Position numbers and translations under genes: made by a program | Assembly: GCA_000934665.2 (NCBI GenBank) | Contig: KZ538014.1 | Location: forward strand, 1-64,000 | DNA from: Catajapyx aquilonaris | Taxonomy: Eukaryota | Length of the DNA: 64,000 nt | Direction: 5' to 3' | The notes under the pieces: model-generated | Told to the model about the DNA's origin: nothing | What the model saw: only the letters and a program-made list of their open reading frames with translations | Database searches by the model: none | Shown: positions 53,036 to 64,000 of the stretch, piece after piece | Layout: every line of letters starts with the position of its first letter | Position numbering within the stretch: the stretch's first letter is position 1

Positions 53036-55287
53036 TATAACCCACATGTCTAATATAATGATGTTCTTATTGACTAGATTGTGTATGGTACCGCAATATA
53101 AATAAACAACAACACTTAACCGATTTAATAAAGCTCGTGTGGCACACCCAGAATGTTTATCGCATACTTGCTACTGCAGGAGAAATTCAAGTTATTCTGT
53201 GGTGTCGTAAAGGGATTCGAGTAGCTGAGTGACAGTGGTTTACGGCCGCAGAGTATAAATTTTCATGCACCTTTACATCTTGGTTGAAGGTGCTATAAAA
53301 GAGTTAATGCGCGCTAACGTTGTCGTAGGACAGGAAACATGTTGACTGGTAGTTATCGTATTCAAGCAATTGGTCACGTTCTCGGTCATGGGAGGTGACA
53401 GTAATGGCCCAACAATTTTTGTTTAAGGATGTTTCGACATTTTTGAGTAGCTGAATACGTGATACTGATTTTTAAATTGAGTTATGAGTTAATAGGGAGT
53501 TGTTTGGCTCATTTTATCGTCGGGTAATGCTTTAAAATTATAGTGTTAAAATATCAACAACTGACATATTTAAAATCAATTCATTAATGTTTGTTCTAAA
53601 CGGGCCAGTATAGTTTTTAAAAAACGCTATTGTGTTTTTAAATAAAGATACTGGCATGAAAACTGATAACGATTATCATAAATAACTTCGAGGACCATAT
53701 TGATTCCTAACTCGATTTTGACCAAAATGTGACGTTTGACTGTTACAGATATCACTTCGTGTAATTTAGTAGAGCTTATTGGCATGTGCTAACAACATAA
53801 TTTTGCTACGGTTGTGTCAATTAAGCCCTTAGATAATGAAAGTAAGTGATTGTAGGTTCAGGTGTTCATTCTTGACTAGTCGGTTGTTTGAAGGGTAGGG
53901 GGGACTGTGGCCTGATGGTGCCGCTGACAGAGGGCGACAAGAACCAGACGGCTAGACGCCATTTGTCCTTTCCATGATGGCCGCCTGTTGTTTACAGAGG
54001 CTCCAGTGATGGGAATGGGAGGGCTTTGGATATTTCTACACAATGACAGCGTTGTATATGGGACTCATTCAATTTCAATTATTTTTTAAAATTATGAAGC
54101 TGGTTGAGAGAGCCGGGCTGCATGAACAATTTGCGAAATACGTTAATTTATGGTCTTGAGCTGTTTCGCTTATTTTGGTTCTTGTCTTGTATCAATTTTC
54201 AGAATGGGATAAATTGATTCATGTCCTTTGTTTCTGGATTGTTAATATGTACCGCCTAATAATTTCATGGCAAAAATAGACCTTCTGCGTGTATAAAGTG
54301 GTCATGTAATATTGTTGCTGTTATTTTGTAATGTCACTTCTCCGAATTAATCTAGTTGCGCTCACTCATGTAGTCGTGTTGTCTGCAGCAAACAGGTCGA
54401 ATCACACACATCTGCAAAAAAAATGGAGTGAAATGTACAGTATTATTTTGTTTAAAACAGGTAGAATATGGTGTCTTTAAAGGACCAATATGGAGTGACC
54501 AATCAAACCACAGCGTGATGCATAATGATTTTTAAAATGCCTGTTGATTGGTCACGCCACTATTTTGCCAAATTCTAATAGTTTTATCTGCACCGCATGA
54601 TATTCATTGTTACTGGAAACCAGCTCATTTTTATGATCATGTCCTTTTATAACATATAGTGTTAAGTCACATATCTGAATTGCCTTATAACTCACATCTA
54701 TGTCTAGCTGCAGGAAAGTGTTGAGAAAAAATTCATTATTATAGCAGCGAGTAGACGATGCTTTTTGGGTGTGGGTTTTCCCTGAAGTTTCTAGTAACAT
54801 GTCATCCGGTGGAATAGGGGGGGGAGAGGGATTGGGTATATAGGGAAGGGAGAGTGCAGTGTCCGGAGGGTCTCCCGGGACACGACTCCAGAGTGGAGAC
54901 AATGGGGCATCTGTCTCCAAGTTATTTGATCCATGTTACTACCCCCCTTATACCCGATATTATATAGTCCTATAACTTAAGCCAGTGTATCCATCCATCG
55001 TCAACCCCTATGAAATTCAACGAAAGGCTATGCTTGTTATACAGTGGTGATCATGTTGGATCATCAACTTTCTGCACACACCTCATGTACCGGCATTTGC
55101 GAGATGCAATCAGATTCATAAAACGTCTGTGCCAATAATGATATTAAAAGATCAAATATTTATACCTTAAGTTAGATAATCATCATGTGGACAAGTCATG
55201 AGCTTCATTTGCAGCTTTTGTACTTGCGGTCATTGTGGAGTGCTCCTGAATATTATTCTCACCTGTTCCTATATTGAAGGCAACTAA

Positions 55288-55358
55288 CCCCTGTGGCTTA
55301 ATGGATAGAGCGTGGGCATGCAATGTCCAAGATCTGGGTTCAATTCCCGGCAGGAGTG
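55288..55358 (+). pseudogene. Degenerate tRNA-like sequence (tRNA pseudogene or SINE head)
   Basis: A box TGGCTTAATGG (55294-55304), B box GGTTCAATTCC (55337-55347) at tRNA-like spacing; 5' part resembles tRNA-Arg (CCCC.GTGGC.TAATGGATA); stems imperfect. Confidence 0.65.
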
Positions 55359-56004
55359 GTATGTCCTTCATGTTCCTTCATTCCTCACTTTCCACGCTGG
55401 CGATAATAACTCTTTCCAACCCCCTTTTTTGGCTCACAACTGAGCACTCCACACTGCTGCACCACTACTAAATCGTAAATGCTGCCTCATTCAAATTTTT
55501 ATTGCTGACTCTTCTTTTATGGTGGGGAGTTATCATATCTGACATAATCTGTCGTAGTTGCGGGTTATAAAGTGAGAATGTAATACCGGAATATGCTGCA
55601 GGAGTCTAAAGTGTGCGAGCGGTGCGGTGGAATGTTGTGATTTTGCGAAGAAATATTAGAATAATTGTCTCATAGATAAAAAATTATTTGTGTATGGTTC
55701 AGGAAGTGCCTTTGATTTGTTGTTTTTTTGTGTATGTAATTTACTTGTCAGAAAATTGGGTTCTTCTTTGTGGAACGACATGCTATGTGGTAGATTTATA
55801 GTTAGTGACAATGGCTTGTTTCACAATACGGAAAGCATGCATATCCTGAAAAATATATTCTATGGTGTTGTCATTGGTTCATGGTGTATGCACCATTTTT
55901 CTTTTCTATTGAATAATGCCTCGGTAAAGCATAAATGCTGTTAATTCAGTGTTGGAAAAAAATCTGCCACTTCCTGAAGCCACTGAAAGATACTGAACAT
56001 ATAT

Positions 56005-56258
56005 GGGGCGACACGGTGGCCGAGTGGTTAGCGCCGCAGCCTTCCACCTCTAAGGTCCCCTGTTCGATCCCCGGGTCGGACGGAGGATACTTATGTGGAT
56101 AGAGTTTCGATGGGTTATGTCCGTGTTCGCGTGGGTTTTCTTGGGGTTCTCCCGTTTCCTCCCACTATCAAAATCCATCACATTACAGGCAAATGATTAG
56201 AGTCGGGTATTCAAAAGATGATCCCCTAAGAGGCCCAAGGGGCCTATCACGGGGTATC

Positions 56259-56349
<91 letters not shown>

Positions 56350-56374
56350 TATTTTTATTATTATTTATTTTTAT
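56005..56374 (+). mobile_element. Full-length tRNA-derived SINE with V-domain-like core and (TTA)n tail
   Basis: A box TGGCCGAGTGG (56017-27), B box GTTCGATCCC (56062-71), core GCGTGGGTTTTCTTGGGGTTCTCCCGTTTCCTCCCAC resembling the V/Meta SINE domain, 3' stem-loop AGGCCC-aag-GGGCCT, (TTA)n tail from 56261, TSD TACTGAACATATAT (55991-56004, 56375-56388). Confidence 0.92.
56261..56349 (+). repeat. (TTA)n microsatellite (SINE tail)
   Basis: About 29 TTA units; explains the poly-Tyr ORF 56193-56444. Confidence 0.97.
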
Positions 56375-59012
56375 TACTGAACATATATGTTCATATACAA
56401 GTATAACTTTCATGTTTAATAGTGTGTTTATCTGTTTGAGATAAATGACGTTTATCATAAGAATTAATTTACCTGTTTAGATAAATATAGTTATAAATAT
56501 AGCGATGGAGTGAAGATACACTGTAACTGACCTGGATAATGTTTCTGACATCGGTGACTCTCGGTTCATCTTTCGTGTTACATGAATGGTGAAAGATAAA
56601 TAAATGTTCTCAGGGCTTTATGTTTGGGGGAATGTCAAGGGTAGTCACAATGGTTGGAGGATTATCCTTTTTCCGATGGGAAGCAGACCATATGCGCCCC
56701 CTGCATTGTATTCAATGTTTTGATTAGGACTTGGGGACGCATCATTCTGCGCAGGGTCAGGCGTAGGTCGGGAGAGTGATTACGTCTACAGGATTTAATG
56801 CACTTAATGTTACCGTATACTTGCACCCGGGCCCGTGTCCTCTTCATCAGCCGTGTAAACTCTCCATACAATATGCACTGTGATGAAAGATGATAACCTT
56901 AAGGAACCTTGATGACATGCAGACACATCCCGCAGGATGCTGAATGTTGGCTAAGCTGGTTTCTTACCTCAGTATAAGTCAGCCTGAAATGGTTGTTCCC
57001 TATATTGAAACAGCTTTTGGCTATCATCTACCTGTGTCGTCGAGAACTTTATCAAATAAAACAAGCTATATAACAAAAATTACACACACTGCAAGTGGCA
57101 CATCCGATTTTTATTTTTATTTAGTTTTCATTTAATATTTGATTACTATAGATTCTGAGTAAACAATAAGCATTAAATTTTACCAAGTGGTACCGTCGGG
57201 GAATCACATTTTGAAACTGAAAAATCTGATATGCCTAATGTATTTTAGGGCTATAGGCGATACGGGGGTGTTCAGATTAGCAATGTTTTTGTCGCATTTC
57301 CCGACGAACCTTCGACAATATGGTACCGATAGATACCAAGAGAAATGTTTCGGATCAGCTAAATTGTAAAGGTCCTTCTGTGGTTACTCGGCGTGGACAA
57401 AAGTGCCGGGAGGGTAAACTGGCCGACTCTGATGGGAGGAATGTTGTGTGAATTAGTGGCTCTCATCAGCTGATTTTTCTGGTTCTAACAAAGAGGACCG
57501 CCAAGAATACATTGTCACCTTAGAATACTAATGAAAGAAATGGTTCAAAAATTTCTCACCTTAGGGTGAAACTGTTGCCACTGGCAAAAGTATCCTTATC
57601 TCACAAAATATTTACATCAAACGAAATCTAATGACATGCATGAAATCTATACACTTTAAATGTGGTGCAGGAACAGCATAATGCAAAACATCTTCCTGCG
57701 ACACTTTTGAACCCTCCTGTAAATTAATATTTGTATGAAGAATTATACAAACCTAAAAAGAGAAAGTCAGAGTGAAGCAAAAATTATAACTGGATTCAGA
57801 AATGAAACAAAAAAATGTACGACATAAAAAAAGAAAACCAGGAAACAGTAAAGGAAAAAAACGGATGTTCCGACAACATTTGAACCTTTCACCCGACCCG
57901 TGAACCGGCTTGTAAACTACTCAAACAACCCCCATGTGTGGATGTAGTTTTCAGGACCTTCTTCGAATAAGACCGGTTGTAGAAAATTATTATTAGGGCA
58001 TTCACTCGTAAGTGGCGCGTGATGAACTCCTCACGCACTTTCATCAAGCGCTTTTAATTTTTAATTACACATCCAGCAGGTTATAAAATTGTTATGCATG
58101 AATGATATGTCGGCTTGGGCGAGAAAATTTCCAGAGACTGCCATTAACTCCACAAGCCACCACTATAGCTATATTAATTTACTGGATCAAAGGGGCAGTC
58201 CTCTTTATTCATTGGAGAGTGGATCTATCTTAGACACACACGGCAACCCACAGTACACCTTAATCTGACATTGAGATGTATGCATATTATAGGGAAGCTC
58301 AGCTGAGCACAGCCCGCGTCATGTACTGTATACATGAGGAAACAAGTAGCTAATCGATCGGCACATGTTAAGTACTTGCATACAGAGCAAGGCATGTGTG
58401 CCTGGAGAAATGCAATGTGGGTTGCCGCGTGCGCACCCGAACGTTTGTCGTTGTCTACATCGTTACCAGCAGTTGGTAGGCCTACCTCGATATTTCACAC
58501 CCCTGCAAGTTATACTTAATATATTGGGCCAAGGTATTCCATGGCAGCTAGATGATAAGCTGTTATGAATTACCCTGGGTACGGTATGTAACAGTCACTA
58601 CTTGCACTTCCTATATGGTCTAATTTATAACCAGAAAATATGAGACGATGGATATTTCCTGTTAGTAATATTTATGGCACAAAACCTCAATAACTTCGTG
58701 TCTATTGTCAAGTGATAATTGAGCCCATATGATATCTTGCATGTGTTCTGCAGAAGTCACAGAATAATCTGTAAATTACGTCAGTGTTATGAACATAAAG
58801 AAAATGGAAGCGTTGATTTATAATATTAGTAGAAATGGCTACAGTTAATAAATGTTCCCCATGCAAACATGTACAGTGCGAACCAGTTTGCCTGTATATG
58901 TAGTACGTGAATACTATAATGTATAACTTATAATCCGGGTATTGCTTGACCTCATTGGTTTACTATATCTCACCGACCTTGTAGTTTGGGTAAATTTTTG
59001 AATCACTGTACT

Positions 59013-59217
59013 AAGCGCCCGGGTCACCTTTGAAAGAAGGGTATAACTGGGAGGGAAGGTGCAGGTGCAAGCGCAGTGTCTTCATGCGGCTGCATCTGTA
59101 AGTTGTCCAGGGTGGTTAGTCTCAGTGAATCTCACCTAGACGGAGCCAGAGACGACCCAACTCCGCACGAGATGAAGAGGGATCGAACCCGGGACCCTTC
59201 CGTCCGCGGGCAGCTCC
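59013..59217 (-). mobile_element. Probable 5'-truncated tRNA-derived SINE fragment
   Basis: Minus strand reads AAGGGTCCCGGGTTCGATCCC (tRNA variable loop/T-arm; B box at 59179-59189); no A box; GC-rich body; extent approximate. Confidence 0.45.
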
Positions 59218-62200
59218 AATATATAATAAACAGCGGGTGAGTCTGAACCTTGGTCTGAACTCCCAAGTATTTCTTGGGTAGAAGTTATCAAATTCTGACT
59301 TCCGTCGTTCGAGGGTGTGCATGTAGAGTTGAAGTAGTCTAATTGGAAAGTTGTACAAGGCCTACGTGCATAGTACAGTTAACAAAATGTGGTAGTGCTG
59401 GTAAGCACATGATGACATTCCGGAGAGTACTTAGACAGGATTCCAGTCAAATTCCAATCCTACCTTCTGGTAGAATTTTCCCTTGTCATTCTGTTCCGCA
59501 TGATTTCATCTACAAGTTATTTGTCTACAGCCGAACCCCTTGATGGAACTGCACTGGTAGGTTTCAAAATCACTAGATGATGACCTGACTTTATAGAGCG
59601 TTAGGATCGTAATATTATTACTGGTGTTGTTATAAAAATAGTTTTTTTAAATACTTCATAATAGGTTTTACAGTATGATGCACTTGATAATGCATATGCG
59701 CATCCGAGAGTAACATTTTTATTAATGCAATTGCTTGTCCTTCTCGATGTTGAAATTTTGCAGACATGTTAATCGAATCCGCATTTGGCTGGAGCCATGA
59801 AACTGACAACACGACTCATTTTGGGAGGTAAATCGTTTTGATATTGCTTTTAATTTTTAATTAACTCAAAACGGATTAATTGTACTATGACACCGCACTA
59901 TGTTGTGACGACTGCAGTAATACAGGCAGTTAGCCTAATGTGTAAAATGTATACCAGGTAAAATTTTGCTGTTTATTTCGCACGGGACAATAATGTGAAA
60001 CGCACCTTGGATGTTTGCACCGCCTGTAATATAAGTTAGTTTAAGTTATTGATATGTTTATGTGGAGTGACAAATGAAAATTCAAAACAATGCAGCAAAT
60101 CTATGCAGTGCTCACTTGTATGTGTGTGTGTGACGGAACATGTTCGGCACATTGCTTATAGCGACAGGCATCTTAGAAAAAAATAATCAGTTTATTACCC
60201 CAGCGAAATCGCTTATGCGGGTGGAGCTTCTCCTTAACTTTTAACAACAAATTTTAACAACAAATATTTAGCCCTTCAAATTAGTGTCACAAAAAGACAA
60301 ATGGTTACACACTGACAGAAAAACTGACAATTTCTAATGTAACGAGTTTATAAAAAATAATGAATACTCTGAATCTCCATCATATGGGAAATTATTGGAC
60401 AAACAGAAAGAACACGAATAAACCAAAATTTTCTCGGTGCACGGTCTAAACGGTGTAAAATCAATACATTTTGCAGGCTATTTACAAATTTGCAGTCTTA
60501 GAGATCCGTTTTGCAAATTACGTAATAAGTAACCTAATTATTGATATCGTAAATTAAATGAAACATGCCTACTTCTGGCATAAGGAAATGCTGCTTAAAA
60601 TGCGTCGATTTACCATAAGATCTTCCCAGTCCTTTTCTACAGAATTTTATGTCCTAATCCGTGTATTTAACTAAATGCCTAATATGTTCTCATTCAGATG
60701 AATATATTCCACAAATGATCCTATTCAAACATCCACCGTGGCCATCACTTGTCCACTTATACAAATGAACACGTAATGTATTTTTATCATAATAATACTC
60801 TAATTAATATTATGTCTGCAATGAGATTGAGCTATCTTCTAGTAAAGCCAAGTTGGGCTCTCTCTGGACACTGCTGGTTTATTTGGGCCAACTTCATTCA
60901 TCTGTCGCCGACTGGAATTCTGGGTGCCGAAATTATTGATTTTATGTGCACCAAGCTTTTCTAAGTTCTTTCCACATGCGGGAATAGACTGATCGCCCCA
61001 AATAGCTTAAAATATTTGGCCAAAGGCCTAATGTAGCGAAGGCATCCTAAAAGAAATGGTATTTAATGTCAGGGACGTGGCAACAATGTTCCATATTTCT
61101 AGGTTTAATGCATAAAGTACAGTATGATGAATAATAGTATTTATTGTTGAGGAATCTTTGGTCATCCCTTAGATATTAATAATTATGCACAAAAGTGTTA
61201 GAGAGAGAAAATAAAGTGAACACTGCATTTATATTTTGAGAAGCAAAATTAATTTGTTCTATGGCGCATTTCTTATAGAGATTTAGTACAGAATTTCGAC
61301 ATGCCTGACTAATCTGAGAAAGTAATTAGGTGATGGCTTGCTAGCCAAATGGTTGTCCCGTAGAAGAAGCAATATCTCAGGAACGTTGTGTCCAAAACGA
61401 CATGATGCGCTTCACAATTACATTCGACCGACGCGACGCAGCCTAACAAACGAGCGAAAAACGCACAACGCGTACCCATATAATTTGATGTAAAATCTCG
61501 CCAATTGCAGGTATGGCTATAAAGTTGCAATATTTTTTTGCAGTTTTTTTCTGAACATACTGTAACCATGAAATAATTTTATAGGCATGTATAAGGATAT
61601 ATACACTGCATGTTGTTTAAAATTCCCAACTGACGCGATGAATCGGAAGTTACAAGATCTTCCTTCCGAATCTTTTTTGAAACATTTGAAGATTTAAGAA
61701 CGCTAATTGCACATTTTCATTAGGATATTCTTTAGCATATATGATGGGCCTGTATGCGAAGCACTAGGGGCAATATTAAATTTAGAAGCGCTATGCAAAT
61801 AATTTTACTTATAGTATATTACTGAGCCCGCATTTCTAACAACCGTAACAGAATAATGCTGCAATAGCTTTATTTGTTATTGCAAGAGTTAGTATTACTA
61901 CACCGTATATAGGCTATGGCAAATGCAACTTGTTTTGTCTGCAGTGACTCACATTTTACTCATAAACAAGAATGCGTCTGGGCCATTTAAAAACTGTATA
62001 ATATACTTATCCGGTTATTTTCAAAGCACAATAGATATGACACTATTTTAAATTATCGTGTTACATGACTTTGAACCTTTTCACTGCAAAGTGAGAAGTC
62101 TTACACGAAACAAGACTCACGTTGTATTGCTGAAATCATATTTTAATGACATAAAATAAACTGCCAATTTTATCTGTTTCGTGAAGTATATAACGTTTAA

Positions 62201-64000
62201 CCAGCAGTAACCCGAATTCCGCCAGAATAGTTTTACATACCAGAATTGCGCGACTTGCACCTCTCCTTTTCATAAATCGGACAAAATAACGTGACAATAA
62301 ACATTGACATGGAATTTGTGCAATGATAACAAAGATTTAACAGATAGTGTGTACCACATTATTCCTCGCAAGAGCTGAATAATGGTCAAATAACTTATGG
62401 AGTACGCTAACAATCAAGTTACAATATTAAACTTAGCCTGACCATAGAAAATTATTTACCATCAGGCTAATTGTAATTGCTATACTATATTTTTCGCGTT
62501 AACGTTTTGTGAATATATACTTAGATAGGGACTTAAAGGGTCGACGTGGCCGATAGGCCCTACACCCCATCAATATGAACATACTGTAACACCTTTCACT
62601 GCTACTTATATGAAGAAAAAAGCAGTCTTATATCTTACTGTGCATATACAACATCTGGGTGGTAAACTGCATATGAAACAGAATCGAAAAAAGTAACAAG
62701 CCCCCATTCTCCTGACACTTCCTTCACGCATCATGCCTCATCCCCGAAAATATTAGGGCAATCCACACCGGCTGGTCAGTTTTCTCTGTCGGAAAGCACC
62801 CCTGGAGCAATATTACCCCATTCAACCGACACGCAACAATGGGAAGGACGACGGGAACTAAGACAGTTGTTTCCATCTAAGCAGTGTCCAGGCCCCGGAT
62901 ATTCCAAGAGATGGGAATCTATCCGGTTAAGGTCGAAGGTGGCATGGTTTCCCATTGAACAGGCGGTCGTTTTTGGGCAGCAATGAGCCGTGTTGGAGAT
63001 TTATTTACATAGGCCAGTTGATTGGAGGGGGGGTCGTGGCAAAAGGCAGTGACCATCCTCATTGTTTTTGTCCCTCCATCTGGGCTGTGTTAGCCAGCCC
63101 TCGCAATTTGATGGCGACTGGTACATGTTGGAGTTCAGATGAGATAGGTAAGTATAGAGGTGGGGTATATCGGGTGCGCATGAGCAGCGCAGTCCCCATG
63201 CCAACCCTCCTCCATGATCTGCCCTTTTTATGACTGGAGGCTAGGGGAAGGCTGCTAGGGTTGTCTGCCTGCCTATTTATTGAGGGATGTAGGAAGACTC
63301 AAGACCGAGGGGCAAACAAGCTGCATGGGGACGGGGAAAAGTGATCTCGACTTGTGTGTTTTGGACTGGCTGGGTGCGTAAAGATATACGAAGGGGGTAC
63401 GTAGGGCAACCTTAGGGGTGGTGTTATTGGTCACTAGGCACCAGTTGGGGAGAAACTTTGATATACCGTGAGGTTGGTGGGAAGCGCCATCTTGGCCTGA
63501 TGTAAGAGTCTCTTGGCCACATGATGCCACCAAAGTTTGTAATTAGAAACGGTCTTTGGGCACTCTGGTAAATCCCTAACTACATTGCGCTGTATCTCCC
63601 TTTCCTGCGATGCTCTTCTTGGTCCCGAAGGAACTTAAACCATCAGGTTGCGAGTCTCCAGCAGTAAAGAAACTCGCCTTTAAATAAGAAAACGTCTTTT
63701 GCAAGGAAGGTGGAGCTCGTGATGTCCTATTCACGGTGGCTGTACGACTATTGCAAAAAAGTCTTATCACACCTCAAACTCGTTACTGTCAATTTTGATA
63801 CCTACACTTGAAGATTGTAAGGTTTATTAGTAGACCTAGTATGGGTGGAAACTAATGTCAACTACATTTAACCTAGGTGAAATTTAGCAGGTTAGTTCCA
63901 GTCCTGGAATTTCTGGTGTCCATGTTCCTGCCCACCCATCCTGGTGTCGTAAATTTGCGTCAGGAAGCTTTTACCGTGACCAGGAACAGATGCTGGACAG

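Noticed and set aside
10877..54465. Zelda-type CAGGTAG sites
   Set aside because: About five dispersed plus-strand copies, close to random expectation and not clustered.
55288..55358. Functional tRNA with GCA anticodon
   Set aside because: Acceptor and T stems are mismatched and the body is Arg-like rather than Cys-like; kept only as a pseudogene or SINE head.
56193..56444. Poly-tyrosine ORF
   Set aside because: Translation of the SINE (TTA)n tail.
578..63770. Six-frame ORFs of 60-183 aa
   Set aside because: No recognisable domains; many use non-ATG starts, overlap on both strands and have random-looking composition. Not called as CDS.

Overview
Eukaryotic (metazoan, probably invertebrate/arthropod-like) non-coding DNA. 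None of the six-frame ORFs has a recognisable protein domain, and I see no rRNA, functional tRNA, CRISPR, operon or recognisable conserved miRNA. AT-rich spacers alternate with 1-2 kb GC-richer, CpG-containing blocks rich in transcription-factor-like motifs, as expected for a gene desert or large intron of a highly regulated gene. Well supported: several short non-autonomous DNA transposons (Tc1/mariner-type with TA duplications, a hAT/Charlie-type and a hAT/P-type with 8-bp duplications, two GAG-ended elements, an 84-bp AT-flanked hairpin element), one intact tRNA-derived SINE with a V-domain-like body, (TTA)n tail and target-site duplication, two more tRNA-derived fragments, a ~220-bp tandem duplication, microsatellites and assembly gaps at G/C homopolymers. 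Most notable: a dense CCAAT/CRE/YY1/GC-box/E2F promoter-like module at 51.2-51.4 kb, strong over-representation of TAGGCCTA (possible transposon excision footprints), and a cluster of near-perfect palindromes at 48.6-49.4 kb. I found no convincing novel protein-coding system; all regulatory and exon calls are motif-level inferences.
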